Source of the DNA: Octopus sinensis | Taxonomy: Eukaryota | Length of the DNA: 64,000 nt | Direction of reading: 5' to 3' | Assembly (NCBI RefSeq): GCF_006345805.1 | Contig: NC_043010.1 | Location: 6,262,001 to 6,326,000, forward strand | Part shown: positions 22,356 to 36,439 of the stretch, piece after piece | Numbering within the stretch: the stretch's first letter is position 1 | How the letters are laid out: the number at the start of each line of letters is the position of its first letter | Notes under the pieces: generated by a model | Databases searched by the model: none | What the model saw: the letters and a program-made list of their open reading frames with translations, nothing else | What the model was told of the DNA's origin: nothing | Made by a program: the position numbers and the translations under genes

Positions 22356-23826
22356 TGTGTTCAAATACCACTGCCGCCTGTTTAGATGGTAGACTTAATC
22401 TGTTGCCTGGTTTAATTTTACAACTTAGCATCTTGTCATTTTTAGTGGAGTCCACTCTCTTGTAAGCAATGAGGTCAGGTCTTCAGTTTGAGGATGCTTT
22501 CCTCCTTTCTTCACACGAATCTTAGAAGTCTTGCAAATGGCCATAGGCATTATCCTCCCCAACTGACTTAAAGATATTAAAAAAAACAACAACATCGCTT
22601 AACAACTTTCTTTTTCTATTTTAAGACAGTATAGTGTATTTTGAGGTTTTGGCTGTTATTTCTAGAATGCTGAGCAGCTGCAAAGAGACACCCCTCATCA
22701 AAATAGCTTGGTGAATTGTTGCATGTAGAATTAAGTGTTCTGACCAGGAACACAATGAAGTATTATTCAAACCAGATATAAAATCACCAACTATGAACTA
22801 ATAGTTCAATATATTTTTCACTCTGCTACTTCACCTCTGTATTTGTGTAGACTAACCTCCCAGTATTGATTATTGGGTTCTTTATAATTTGGAAAGAATT
22901 TTTAATTAGCGATATGCTGTATTCTTATAGAATATCATGGTAACATTGATTATATTCTATTATTCTACATTATATGATGGTATATTATGTTATATTCTAT
23001 TATATTTTGTTATATTATACAATATCGTATTAATAAATGGATCTAATAGTGAAGTGCTAATTTACAGGAGAACTGAGTCAGTGAACTAGATTTCATATTT
23101 AGTTCATACCACTTTACTTTGTAAATAAGGCCTGAAGATCACATTTTCTCAATTTTCTTCATTCTTGAAAATAATTCAGTTTTGGTAAAAAGCTATTATA
23201 TTTTATTAAAAAAAAAATAATGACAAAAATTCAAAACTTTGCATTATGGATAACAATACCATTTCAAAATAATTTTTCCATGTTAGCAGAAATGGAATAT
23301 CTTTTTGTTTTGGAAAATTAGAAACTATGGTGATAATTTGGAAAAATAGAAAATATGGTGATAATTTTGCTTTCTGTATGGTTAAGAAGTCTGCTTCGTA
23401 ACCATGTGGCTAATGTGCCCATTGCATGGCTCCTTAGCCAGTAGAGTTTATAGAGTAGATATCACTTTCAGGAAGGGCAAAGAAAGGGATAAGGGATTAG
23501 GGGGCAAAATTATGAGAGATTGAAAATTTTGCTTAAAAATATAAAAATCTTTCAGTGTTGTAATTTCTGTTTTAGGGAAATGTAGAGATACTAATAAAAT
23601 ATTAAGGGGGTAAAAAAATTGCCCCTTTCTGCACCATGAAGCAGTAATAGCAATTCCAAATTCCACCCTTTGACCTCTCCTACTAGAGGTTTAGGCAGAG
23701 TGAAGTTGATAGACAAAAGCTGTTTTATACATACATACATACATACATACATACATACATACATACATACATGTATATATATTCATTTATGTATATATGT
23801 ATGTACATACTTTTATTCTTTAATTA

Positions 23827-24025
23827 TTTTATTTGTTTCAGTCATTTGACTGCAGCCATGCTGGAGCACTGCCTTTAGCCAAACAAACCGACCCCCAAGA
23901 CGTATTTTTTGTAAGCCCATTATTTATTCTATTGGTCTGTTTTGCTGAACTGCTAAGTTACGGGTATGTAAACATACCAACATCAGTTGTTAAGTGATGG
24001 TAGGGGGACAGAGACATACAAACAT

Positions 24026-24086
<61 letters not shown>

Positions 24087-24250
24087 CGATGGGCTTCTTT
24101 CAGTTTCTGTGAACCAAATCCACTCACAAGACTTTGGTTTGCCCAAGGGTATAGTAGAAGGCACACTTGCCCAAGGTGCCATGCAGTGGGACTGAACTCA
24201 GAACCATATGGCTGAGAAGCAAACCTCTTACCACACAGCCATGCCTGCAT
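23827..24250 (-). mobile_element. SINE family A
   Basis: Full head-linker-tail organisation. Confidence 0.85.
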
Positions 24251-25080
24251 CTATATATATGCATGCACACACACTCACACACACACACATATATATGTAT
24301 ATGTATAAGTATGTATGTATATATATATGTGTTTATACATATATATATATATATATTCATATATGTATATATATATGTGTGTGTGTGTGTGTATGCATGA
24401 GTATCTATGTATGCGTGCATGCTTGTATGTAGACAAATGTGCGTATATATGTGTGTGCATGTGTGTGTTTGTACGTATCAGTTCCTCTATGTATCTTTAC
24501 ATTTGACACCCCATGCCATGCAAAATGGTTTCTATGTTTATGTTCTGTAACTTAAGATAAATATAAATCTCTAAGATAAACACTGGACTAAAACCTTTCG
24601 AGACAGTGCTGCAGCATGTCCACATTCAAATGACTGAAATAAGAAAAAAGACTATTTACTTCATGGAGACTGAAAGCATTTTTCATATCTACTAATTGAT
24701 AAGTATTTTATTCCTGGATGTTTACATAGAACTGGAACTTTAAGCGAGAATATTTATTTATGATATCTAATATTTTATAAGTGTTTAATTTTTAATTCCT
24801 GGATGTGTATTTAGTTCTGGAACGGATTCATATTCAGCCTTTATTTCTAATCTAAAGTCATAGTAACACTGTAATCCAATTCCAGTTCTGCTCAGTGTTT
24901 ATCAGCTATTTCATTTATTATCCGATTAATTTATATACTTAAATTAAGTAATAAAAATTTCCTAGTTTAAATTCTGTCAGAGTTAGTCTTATATTCTGAG
25001 CTGAAATCCTATCAAGTGCAACTTAAGGTCACTGGTGCTGGTAAAATTAAGAAGTGATAGGCACTGATGTCACGTATGTA

Positions 25081-25744
25081 GGTGCAGGCGTGGCTCTGTG
25101 GTAAGAAGCTTGCTTCCCAACCAAATGGTTCTGGGTTCAGTCCCACTGCATGGCACTTTGGGCAGGTGACTTCTACTAGAGTCTCAGGCTGGCCAAAGCC
25201 TTTTGAGTGGATTTGGTGGACAGAAACTGAAAGAAGCCTATTGTATATACATACATACATGCATGCATACATACATACATACATACATACATACATACAT
25301 ACGTCCATACATACATACATGCATGCCTACATACATACATACATACATACATACATACATACATACATACATACGTCCATACATACATACATGCATGCCT
25401 ACATACATACATACATGCATGCCTACATACATGCATACATAATACATATATATATATAGAGAGAGAGAGATATATATAGATATATGTTGTGTATGTGTAT
25501 ATATATATGTGTGTGTGTTTGTGTATGTGTGTGTGTGTGTATGTGTACCTTTGCATTTGTGTTTGTCCCCCACCACCATTTGACAACCAGTGTTACTGTG
25601 TTTACGTCCCTGTAATTTAATGGTTTGGTAAAAGAGGCTGATAGAATAAATACCAGGCTTTAAAAAGTAATTAGTACTGAGGTTGATTAATTAGTTTGTG
25701 ACTAATCCTCAAAGCAGTGCCCCAGCATAGCCACAGTCTAATGA
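25081..25744 (+). mobile_element. SINE family A with expanded (TACA)n linker
   Basis: Head at 25081, about 300 bp microsatellite linker, 3' half to 25744. Confidence 0.85.
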
Positions 25745-25869
25745 GCACATATTGTATCATACAATATCATATTGATTTCAAATTTTGGCACAAAGCCAGC
25801 AATTTCAGGGGATGGGTATAAATCAACTACAGCAACCCCAGTCTTCAACTGATACTTATTTTACGCTCA

Positions 25870-26510
25870 ACAGAGACTGCTGGGAAAGAAGTTCCTAACA
25901 TTGGGCTATAACAAGTAACCTTAGATGCCAAGAACCCTTCTTAGTATCCTAGCTGTCCCTAATAACACTGTTTTCTGGAGCTATACTGAACTGGGTTTTA
26001 TGCCTATTTCTTCTATCCATCTGTTCAAATCTTTAGGGATAGTTCCAAATGAACCTATAACTACTGGGATACATTTTACCCACACTTTCCATAGTCTCTG
26101 TAAGTCAATGCTTAAGTCCTGGTACTTTACTATTCTCTCTATACCTCTCATATTTTCTTTCTTATCATTAAGGATTGTATAGTCAATTTTCTGGCACTTT
26201 CTGTTATCATTATCTACTACTAAATTATTCTTCTAGCTCCTATTATTCTGTCTGTCAGAATATTAAATTCCTACAGCATCTTATATTTCTTACTTTCTAA
26301 TACTTTACTAGGTTCACGTTTATACCATTTATCAGTATGATCAAATCCTAGCTTTTCTGTGCCAGCATGCTACATTCACTGACTATATGAGTAACACTTC
26401 CCTCTTTTGATTTGCATAACCTACATTGGAAATTTACTTGGTTTTTGTCTATTTTGGCTTATATTCAATTAGTCCTTAATGCTTCATCTTGTGCTGTTAC
26501 TAACTCTTAT
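25870..26510 (-). mobile_element. R4/Dong-type (R2 superfamily) LINE, C-terminal zinc knuckle and restriction-like endonuclease remnant
   Basis: Decayed AQDEALRTN..AKIDK..CRLCKS..VTHIVSECSMLAQ..DKWYKREPSKVLE..KYQDL..LQRLWKV..IPVVIGSFGTIPK..LQKTVLLGTARILRRVLGI* (stop 25922-25924). Confidence 0.85.
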
Positions 26511-26544
26511 TGTTGTTGTTATCATTCGGTGAGAGAGCAGGCAC

Positions 26545-27047
26545 ATGCATCACAACCACATTTGCATGACATAGTGATCTCATATCAAGATAAACAGCAC
26601 ATGACCTTGCAGTTAGAATTTTCTTCAGGTCAAGTAGCAAAAAGTTCCTGAATAAGGGTTGTTTAAGAATGATGAATGAAACAGCCATATTTCCAGAGGT
26701 CAAATTTTTCAAATCCCAAAGGATTCCCTCAACACACGACTGTGGCTATGAAGCTCCCTGATACTCCTGCTCATGATCAGAGATGCACATATCATATATC
26801 GTCAGCCACTAAGGGACATGCTCAACTAGTTAAAGTCAAGCAACTGATAAGCAAATCAGTGGTACTGAGCAGAATATTTGCTGTAGCTCATTTTTTACAC
26901 CAAGGCAAAATATGTACATGATAACACTTGAAATCAGTTAAGATCAGAAGCCATGAGAGCCACTGCCTGATATTGCATCAAAGCATGCTCTCCAACTACT
27001 CCTGTTCATGATCAGAGATGTACATACTGTCAACCACTAAAGGACAT
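26545..27047. repeat. Unclassified interspersed-repeat remnant with internal direct repeat
   Basis: ACTCCTG(C/T)TCATGATCAGAGATG(C/T)ACAT..CA(G/A)CCACTAA(G/A)GGACAT occurs at about 26763 and 26998. Confidence 0.45.
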
Positions 27048-28154
27048 TACTATTATATAAAAATACATATTTTATCTATTATCATTTCCTTCATTACCAT
27101 ATATTAACTGTTGTATCTTTTTTCATCATTTTACTATTATCAAAAATGTTTTATAAAACAATAAATAAAATAATATTAGTATGAATATACTAAAAAGCAA
27201 ATATATGAAAATAACATAACAGAAATTAAAATAAAATCATTTATTCAATATAGGATAAGAAATATGAAATAAAATATAATTTTAAAAATATTTTAAATTT
27301 ATTATTTTATAATAGTTTGTTTATTTTAAGAATAATTTAATTATTTACATAAATAATTTATTCATTATTCAATCAATAAAATAGTAATTAATTAATTATT
27401 TTATTTATCTCACACCAGTGAGATTAACTAAGTCAAATTATTGATATTTTTTTTCTTAATTAGATATATGAACCAATCTCTAATTAACCCACTTGACTTC
27501 ACAGAGAAAAAGAAATGGGAAGTATGGTGTGTTGTCTTTCTTAAGATCATCAAAAAATATAGCTTAAGTGAAACAGCTTTGATTAGTAAGCAATACCAAG
27601 ATGCACGTTTAGTATGTCAGAGAGTTGCTTTTTACTGCACATGGTACATATTACCCATTACAAAGATAACATGCACCAGTTCTAATCTCTAAATTTCTTT
27701 AAACAGATGAAAGATAACCTTCTCACTAATGGTAGCGGGAATGGCTTAATGGTTAAGAAGTCCACTTCGCAACTATATATCTTTGGTCTGACTTTGCATT
27801 CAACAAAGTTTCTGTGTAAAATTTGGCAGAGGGGAAACTGTTGAAGCTTGTAGAAGGGTGATCCTTGTTCTTAGATTCTAGGTTTAATCTACTACCAACT
27901 TTAACACCACCACCTTGTGCTTGATGCATAATCTTATGCAGAATTTAACTCTAATACAGATTGAATATTTTTATGCGAAATTTATAATCTTGTTCAGAAT
28001 TATACTTTTTACAAAATTTGTAGCTTTTTACAGAATTTGTACTCTTCTATAGAAATGTACTCTGATATAGAAATATATAGTTAGACAGAATTATATTCTT
28101 ACACTCGATTTTTTACTCTTATACAGAATAACATTTTATACAGAAATATAACTG

Positions 28155-28578
28155 GCATGCTATTGATTACAATGTTGTGGGTTCAAGTTGATCTGATGAA
28201 CAGAACAGCCTGCTCATGAAATTAATGTGAAAGTGACTGAGCATTCCACAGACACTCATACCCAACCCTTTCGTTACCAACCCAGCCAAAACCGGCTCTA
28301 GCTCTGTAGTACAAATGTCTTGTTTTCATAAGTTTTGCATCAAAATATACCACCAAACCTTAGTTACAATTTATGTTCCTAACACTAGCTGAATGATAAC
28401 TAAGTTATTTTACTAAATTTGTTGTTATATTTAAAATAATTGAGAGAAACACAGACCATCTCAAAATAAATACAGTAATGAAAGGGTTAACATAGCTGTC
28501 AGGGAGATCCATTATGATACAGAATATGACAAGGTGGGCCTTTTGAAATACAGGTACAACTCAGTTTTGCCAGGTGAA
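28155..28578 (-). mobile_element. SINE family D, degenerate, split by a piggyBac-type MITE
   Basis: GTTGATCTGATGAACAGAACAGCCTGCTCATGAAATT..CCACAGACA before and CAGGGAGAT..CCTTTTGAAATACAGGTACAAC after the MITE. Confidence 0.7.
28266..28486. mobile_element. piggyBac-type MITE (221 bp)
   Basis: TIRs CCCTTTCGTTAC / GTAATGAAAGGG, right TTAA intact; reverse-oriented sibling at 37314-37533. Confidence 0.8.
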
Positions 28579-29680
28579 ATATAATTTTATACAGAATATA
28601 TGTATTTATATAAAATTTATACTCCTACACGAGAAGTGTACTCTTATAAAGAATTATATATGCTATTACTCCTACTTCTACACAATTTTTTTTTCCTTAT
28701 ATATAGAATTATAATCTGATACGGAATTTACACATTCTTTGCCTTTCAGTCTTCTATGGTTGATTAAATAAAATATCAGTCAATGGGAACAATTTAATGG
28801 ACTAGCAACATGCAGTGAGCTAGTTTGGTACAGTCATGCCTAAATCCCCACCCCGTAGTAAGGTTCCAATATCAGGTAAAAGGACACAGAGTACATTGCT
28901 GTTACATCAATATTTTCTGTCTGTAACACCAGCACAGCACAATACACTTTATCAAGACAACACAACACTTACAACAAAATCACACTGCCAACAGAACACA
29001 CATATGCACCTCCCCACACTTTCATTCATTTGCATACGCATACACCCTTTTAAAGTGGACTACATCAAAAGAAATAATGCAGAATAAAAAGATGAAGGAT
29101 TATCCTCATACACAGAATTTATATCCATACATTTATATGCTTTTTAAAATTCATATTCTTCTTGGTCTTCCAAAGAAATAAGGCTAATTAATGGTTAATT
29201 AACATTCAAGTTTCATCAAACATTACAATTTAAAGGATACTTGAACAGTTTTAAAGAAACTGTCTCAGATTATGCTAAGACATCACCTTTTACATATAGC
29301 TCTCTACAAACAGTAAACTATCAGGATTTATAAAAGAATTTGATATCCTTTGCTGTCAGGTGGGTGAAGTTTAATATCCGAGGCTTTGTCCTTTGTCTTA
29401 GAACAAAAAAGAGAGAAGTGCAAGTGTTAATACTTGGATTGTAAGGTTGTAAATTGACTTAATAATAGCCAAATCATCAACACCGTATTTCTCCTTTCCC
29501 TACCAACAAATGAGACATTAGATCTAAAATATTAGATTCTCTACACCTGATGGCAAATGAACATAAGTTCTTCCTTACCGAATTTTGCTAATGGGTTAAT
29601 TGCTGTTGTTGCAGACCATCACCAGTTTTCTCAGATTCCAGGGTTTACCAAGCCTTATAGTAATAGTGTCTTTTCTCTCT

Positions 29681-29897
29681 CTTTTTCTCTTTTACTTGTT
29701 TCAGTCATTTGACTGCAGCCATGCTGGAGCACCACCTTTAATCGAGCAACTCGACCCCAGGCCTTATTCTTTTGTAAGCCCAGTACTTATTCTATCGGTC
29801 TCTTTTGCCGAACTGCTAAGTAACGGGGACATAAACACACCACCATCGGTTGTCAAGCAATGCTAGGGGGACAAACACAGACACACAAACACACACA

Positions 29898-29961
<64 letters not shown>

Positions 29962-30123
29962 CGACAGGCTTCTTTCAGTTTCCGTCTACCAAATCCACTC
30001 ACAAGGCTTTGGTCGGCCCGAGGCTATAGTAGAAGACACTTGCCCAAGGTGCCACGCAGTGGGACTGAACCCGGAACCATGTGGTTGGTAAACAAGCTAC
30101 TTACCACACAGCCACTCCTGCGC
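29681..30123 (-). mobile_element. SINE family A, full length, well preserved
   Basis: Near-identical to 7241-7666 and 19877-20290. Confidence 0.92.
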
Positions 30124-30482
30124 CTATTAAAAGTGTGTCTATTAAAATTTTGTTTCTTTTTTCTTTCTTATGTTCAATGTATAATTATCCCATCCTCAAC
30201 CTTTGGATTACGGTATGCAAAAGTTTATACTGAAAATATGCAGAACTTGGATAATTCTACACATCTCACAGCAAATAACATTTGGGATTTTATTATAAAC
30301 TTTACTAAATAAAAAGAATTTTGATATGGTGAATTATTTATTGTAATAAATTGTATTTCGCATTTATATAAATAAATGATATTTAGATATATAAATAGTG
30401 TTTGGAATTATTTAGATCAATAAATAATATTAAAATATATAAACAACAGAAATATTTGTAAAAATAGACAATATTTAGATAT

Positions 30483-30700
30483 ATAATCCTTTCCACTGTA
30501 GGTAAAAGGTCCAAAATTTTGGGTGAGATGGATAGCCAATTACATAGACTCCAGTCCTCAATTGGTAGTTATTTTATCAACCCCATGCGGACGAAAAGCA
30601 ATGTCAACCTCAGTGGAATTTGAATTCAGAATGTAAAGATGTATGAAATGCCGCTAAGCACCTTGCCTAACATGCTAATTATTCTGTCAGTTCATTGCCT
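30483..30700 (-). mobile_element. SINE family B, degenerate
   Basis: ATTTTATCAACCCC..GTCAACCTCAGTGGAATTTGAATTCAGAATGT..CTAAGCA. Confidence 0.65.
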
Positions 30701-31149
30701 TATTTAGATATATAATAATTAGTGTTTTAAATTATTTAGATTGATGATTTTTAGATATATAAATACTATCAATAAGTATTTGAATAAATAACATTTAGAG
30801 ATTTTCAATTACATAAAGGACAATAGTACTTAGGTACATAACAGTATTTAGATTTTAAAAATGGTCATTTCAAGTAGACAAGTTGTATATAGGTACATGA
30901 ATAGTACTTAGATAATAAAATAGTATTTAGAGCAAGTACTTAGATTAAGTGTATTGTGATAGATAAATAATATTTAGCTAAATGGATACTATTTACAGGT
31001 ACTTTGATAAATAAATAGTTTCTTTTAAAAATAGATGATAATTAGATTAAAAATATTTTGATACATCAACAATATTTACAAAGATGAAATGTACTTATAT
31101 AAACAGTTTTTAGATACTTATTCAATATATAAAAGTATTGATAAATGAT

Positions 31150-31860
31150 ATTTAGATAAATAATATTTAGAAATATTTAGATAAATAATATTTAGAAGTA
31201 TTTAGATAAATAATATTTAGAAGTATTTAGATGAATAATATTTAGAAGTATTTAGATAAATAATATTTAGAAGTATTTAGATAAATAATATTTAGAAGTT
31301 TTTAGATAAATAATATTTAGAAGTTTTTAGATAAATAATATTTAGAAGTATTTAGATAAATAATATTTAGAAGTATTTAGATAAATAATATTTAGAAGTA
31401 TTTAGATAAATAATGTTTAGAAGTATTTAGATAAATAATATTTAGAAGTTTTTAGATAAATAATATTTAGAAGTTTTTAGATAAATAATACTTAGAAGTA
31501 TTTAGATAAATAATATTTAGAAGTATTTAGATAAATAATATTTAGAAATATTTAGATAAATAATATTTAGAAGTATTTAGATAAATAATATTTAGAAGTA
31601 TTTAGATAAATAATATTTAGAAGTATTTAGATAAATAATATTTAGAAGTATTTAGATAAATAATATTTAGAAGTATTTAGATAAATAATATTTAGAAGTA
31701 TTTAGATAAATAACATTTAGAAATATTTAGATAAATAATATTTAGAAGTATTTAGATAAATAATATTTAGAAGTATTTAGATGAATAATATTTAGAAGTA
31801 TTTAGATAAATAATATTTAGAAGTATTTAGATAAATAATATTTAGAAGTATTTAGATAAA
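31150..31860. repeat. 25-bp AT-rich tandem array, ~28 copies
   Basis: Unit ATTTAGATAAATAATATTTAGAAGT; degenerate ATTTAGATA-rich flank back to about 30340. Confidence 0.97.
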
Positions 31861-32352
31861 TTTTATTTATATAGATAAATATTATTCAGATAGATAAAGA
31901 CAATTCAAACTGGTGAATAGAACTCAGAAGAATTTTGGATGACACTAATTATGACAAATGGAACCAGAGGTAAAAAAAGTTGCAGTTGGCTTAGCTAATC
32001 GAATTTTGAACTATTAGAGAAAGGGTTTATGGTTCAAATCATATTACTGTCACTAAATTGCTGCCATATTTAAGACACTTAGTTTTAACATATTTAGGAC
32101 AGCTAGCTGTATGTAAAAAATGGAACATATAAACGAAAAGAATACTGTCTACATTGCTTGGTTGCAGCACTGAGATAAAAAAAATCTCCCATAAATATGG
32201 TTTGAAGAAAAATTAATGTTATCGGGTTTATTTACTTAGTTTTTTTTTATTGCAACTGGTGTAAACAGACCAGGTTTCCATTCAGGTGATAGTGTGGTGT
32301 CATGAACAGTTTATTCTCATTGCAACTTCTTTTATGCTGAGATATTTTCTTT

Positions 32353-32740
32353 CTTTTATCTTTTACTTGCTTCATTCATTGAACTACAACCATGCTGAGG
32401 CACTACCTTGAAGGGTTTAGACAATCAAGTTGACCCCAGTGTTTATTTTTTTTTTTAAAGTTTGATGCTTATTCTATTGGTCTCTTTTGGCAAACTGCTA
32501 AGTTATGGGGGATGTAACCAAACCAACACCAGTTGTTGAAAAGCAGGAGGACAAACTTAAACACGAAGACACATACACACAAACATACATTTTTCCTCCC
32601 CTCTAAATTCACTCATAAGGCATTGGTGGATTTGGGACTATTGTAGATGATCCCTGACCAAGGTGCTGTGCTGTGGGACTGAACCCGAAACCAAGTAATT
32701 GCAAAGTAAGCTTCTTCATCACACAGTCATGCTTGCACCT
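32353..32740 (-). mobile_element. SINE family A, diverged
   Basis: Tail, body and head recognisable. Confidence 0.7.
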
Positions 32741-32906
32741 GATAGTGTGATGCAAATTTTGTACGTCTTCCTTTCCAAGGAAGTTTATTATGATATTGGA
32801 AAACTTATGCTTAGCTTGTATTATTGTATTACATCTGGTGAACAATAGTGCCATTGGTTCCAGGTTTCCAATGAGCCAATCACTAATACATAATATTTTT
32901 TATATT

Positions 32907-33120
32907 CTCTTCTACACTAAGCACAAGGCCCGGAAATTTTTGGGGAGGGGACCAGTCGATTAGATCAACCCCAGTACACAACTGTTACTTAATTTATTGA
33001 CCCTGAAAGCATGAAAGACAAAGTCGACCTTGGCGGAATTTGAACTCAGAACGTAAAGACAGACAAAATACTGCTAAGCATTTCATCCAGCATGCTAACG
33101 TTTCTGCCAGCTTGCCACCT
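32907..33120 (-). mobile_element. SINE family B
   Basis: AAAGTCGACCTTGGCGGAATTTGAACTCAGAACG..CTAACGTTTCTGCCAGC. Confidence 0.8.
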
Positions 33121-34217
33121 TAGCATTTTTTATATATATATATATAAAATCAACAGAACTGTGCAACTTTTTTTCTCTTTTTTTCTTATCTATACTTATG
33201 TATATTGATATTGTGTTCTAACTATTAAACTTTCAAGTACAGGGGTTGCTAAAACAAAATACCTTACAAGCACTCTATCAATAAAATACATCTTAAATGA
33301 GTGATGTGATTGATAAAATAACGTATGAAATGGGTTTGATAAAATACAGTACCAGTCAGACACAAGGGTTGGAAAATAAAGTACTGTCAAGAACTCATTA
33401 TCATCATCATCATTGTTTAACATCCACCTTCCATGCTTAACATGGGTAGGATGGTTCCACAAGAGCTGGCCAGGCTGAAGCCTCTACAAGGCTTCAGTGA
33501 CTGTTTGGCAAGATTTTTACAGCTGGATGCCCTTCCTAACACCAACCACACAGCAGAGTAGACTTAGCACAAGCGAGGTGAGGAGTGCTTCTTATGTGGC
33601 ACAAGGAGAGGCAAGGTCAGTTTTGGCAAGGCTTTTACAGCTGGATGCCTTTTGGATGCTTTTCAGTGGCACCTGCACTGACAGGGTCACTCAGTACTTA
33701 CAAGACATAAAAAGAAAACTTTTAAGTGGGGAGGAAGTACTGGAGGAGGTGATGATAGTGTTAATAAATTGAAGTCAAATATAGAAGGCTGTGAGCTACC
33801 ATGCTGGGGCAAAATGCTTAGCAACATTTCGTCTGTCTTTATATTCTGATTTCAAATCCTGCTGAGGTCAACTTTGTCTTTCATTCCTTTGTTACTAGGG
33901 CCCATGTAATTGACTTACTCCTCCCCTGAAATTACTGGCTTGTACCAAAATTTGAAACTCAAGAATTAAAGTCAACTACTAAGTGGTAAGTGGCTAGAAT
34001 TGCTAGCATGACAGACAAAGATGCTTAATGGCATTTCAGCCATCTTTACATTCTGAGTTCAAATTCCATCGAGGTCCAACTCTGCCTTTCATCCTTTTGA
34101 GGGTCAATAAAATAAGTACCAGTTCAACACTGGTGTCAATGTAATCGACTTATCCCCCCCAACCCTGAAAATAATTGCCATATGCCAAAATTTGAAACGA
34201 ATAAATTAAAGTTAAAT

Positions 34218-34605
34218 GATGGAAGCACTCCGTCGGTTACGACGATGAGGGTTCCGGTTGATCCGAATCAATGGAACAGCCTGCTCGTGAAATTAACGTG
34301 TAAGTGGCTGAGCACTCCACAGACACGTGTACCCTTACCGTAGTTCTCGGGGGATATTCAGCGTGACACAGAGAGTGACAAGGCCGGCCCTTTGAAATAC
34401 AGGTACAACAGAAACAGGAAGTAAGAGTGAGAGAAAGTTGTGGTGAAAGAGTACAGCAGGGATCACCACCATCCCCTGCCAGAGCCTCGTGGAGCTTTAG
34501 GTGTTTTCGCTCAATAAACACTCACAACGCCCGGTCTGGGAATCGAAACCGCGATCCTATGACCGCGAGTCCGCTTCCCTAACCACTGGGCCATTGCGCC
34601 TCCAC
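34218..34605 (-). mobile_element. SINE family D (tRNA-Arg-like head), full length with 10-bp TSD
   Basis: Head GGAGGCGCAATGGCCCAGTGG..GACTCGCGGTC..GGTTTCGATTCC; AAAGTTAAAT duplicated at 34208-34217 and 34606-34615; CpGs intact. Confidence 0.9.
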
Positions 34606-35741
34606 AAAGTTAAATACTACGGTTGATAAAACAAAGTACCAGCTAAATACTGGGGGTTTATAAAATAATGTTGCAATCAGTTCCTGGAGTTGAGAAAATA
34701 GGGTACAAGTCAAATACTAGAATTAATAAGATAAATCACCAATCAAATACTAAGGCTGATAAAAACAACCACGCCCCACCCCAATACTTGAGGCCTTGTG
34801 CCAATGTTAAATATTATTATCATACTTAGCATTACTTTTATTATTATTCATTCCATAATTTCTTAGCCGAGTTCTTCGCTTCTGTAATTTTGTACTAATT
34901 ATTGATAATTTCACCATTAAGTCAGCAGTATTCTAATATTCCCAAATATCAGAACTCTTTTTCTAGCCGTTCCATAAATTGTAGTCTTTGCAGAGTATAT
35001 GTAATTATTTTTCAGGGAAAATTATCTGCTAATTAAGCATTATGTGTATACATATACATTGACATACAAATAGACATGCATATAGAAAGTTGTATAGGCC
35101 TAGCATAGATATACATGTGTGTGTGTGTATGTGTATATGTGTGCTTGTGTGTGTGTGTGTGTGTATGTGTGTGTGCATGCACATGCAAGCACTTACACAT
35201 ACACACTCTTTTCTCTGACTGACTATGTGCATACATGCTTGTGGGTATATGTGTGCATGTGTGTATATTTGTGTGCACGTGCATGTGTGTGTGTGTGTGC
35301 ACATATGGAAGTGTGCATGTGTATAAGTGTTTGCTTGTGTGTGTTTTTGTGTGTGTGTGTGTGAGTGTGCCTGTGTGTACGTGTATATGTGCATGTGTGT
35401 GCTTATATATGTATGTGTGTATGCACGTGTGTTTATGTGAGCGTGTATGTGCTTGTGTATGTACATGTGTGTGATGTGAGAGTATATGCGCTTATGTGCT
35501 TGTGTGTGCATGTGTGTGTGTGCACTTGTATGCTTGTATATGTGCACAAATACACAACATATACTCACAATAATATGCAGAGGTAACAGACAACTTTCCA
35601 CTCTGAGATCATTATAGATAAACATATACAGAAAAGGAGACTGGAATCCTTCGCTAGGAATCTTAAGATGGTAAGGCTATTAAGTATAGTCATATGAGCA
35701 ACAGTCATATGATTCATTAGGGATTTAGATCTTGATTTGCT

Positions 35742-35935
35742 AACCTCCTCCTCCTCATCATCATCGTCGTCACCATCATCATCATCATCATCATCATCGT
35801 CATCGTCATCGTCATCACCATCACCACCACCATCATCATCATCATCATCATCATCATCGTCATCACCATCATCGTCATCATCATCATCATCGTCATCATC
35901 ATCATCATCATCATCGTCATCGTCATCACCATCAC

Positions 35936-36008
<73 letters not shown>

Positions 36009-36105
36009 GTCATCGTCATCATCGTCACCATCATCACCATCACCACCACCATCATCGTCATCGTCATCGTCATCACCATCATCATCATCATCATCATCAT
36101 CGTCA

Positions 36106-36141
<36 letters not shown>

Positions 36142-36144
36142 TCG

Positions 36145-36177
<33 letters not shown>
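35742..36177. repeat. Long (CAT)n trinucleotide tract with CGT/CAC variants
   Basis: Direct reading; poly-S and poly-M ORFs. Confidence 0.97.
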
Positions 36178-36439
36178 GTTAATTGTCCATGTTATATGTT
36201 GGCATGTGTCTGAGACAGTTTACTAAGATCTAATGGGTCTAGGGATGCATTGTGTTCATAGATTTTTTTCATGGCTGGATGTCCTTCCCAGTGCCAACCA
36301 TTTTTGGCAGTATGTACTGGGTGCTGCTCTTTTTTAATAGCACCAACACTAGTGAGGTTGCTGTGCAGCTTGCAAAACTGCGAGCCCTATGAAGAGATGA
36401 GGAACTTTATACTTTACGTTTGAAGATCAGTAAATTTAA

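Noticed and set aside
22400-22566. Minus-strand exon candidate behind a pyrimidine-rich acceptor
   Set aside because: All frames stop, no good donor, no recognisable motif.
29287-29400. Minus-strand exon candidate (RTKPRILNFTHLTAKDIKFFYKS*) and a 24-nt microexon ending at the GTAAGG donor near 29578
   Set aside because: Stops in all frames before the donor for the first; no polypyrimidine tract for the second.
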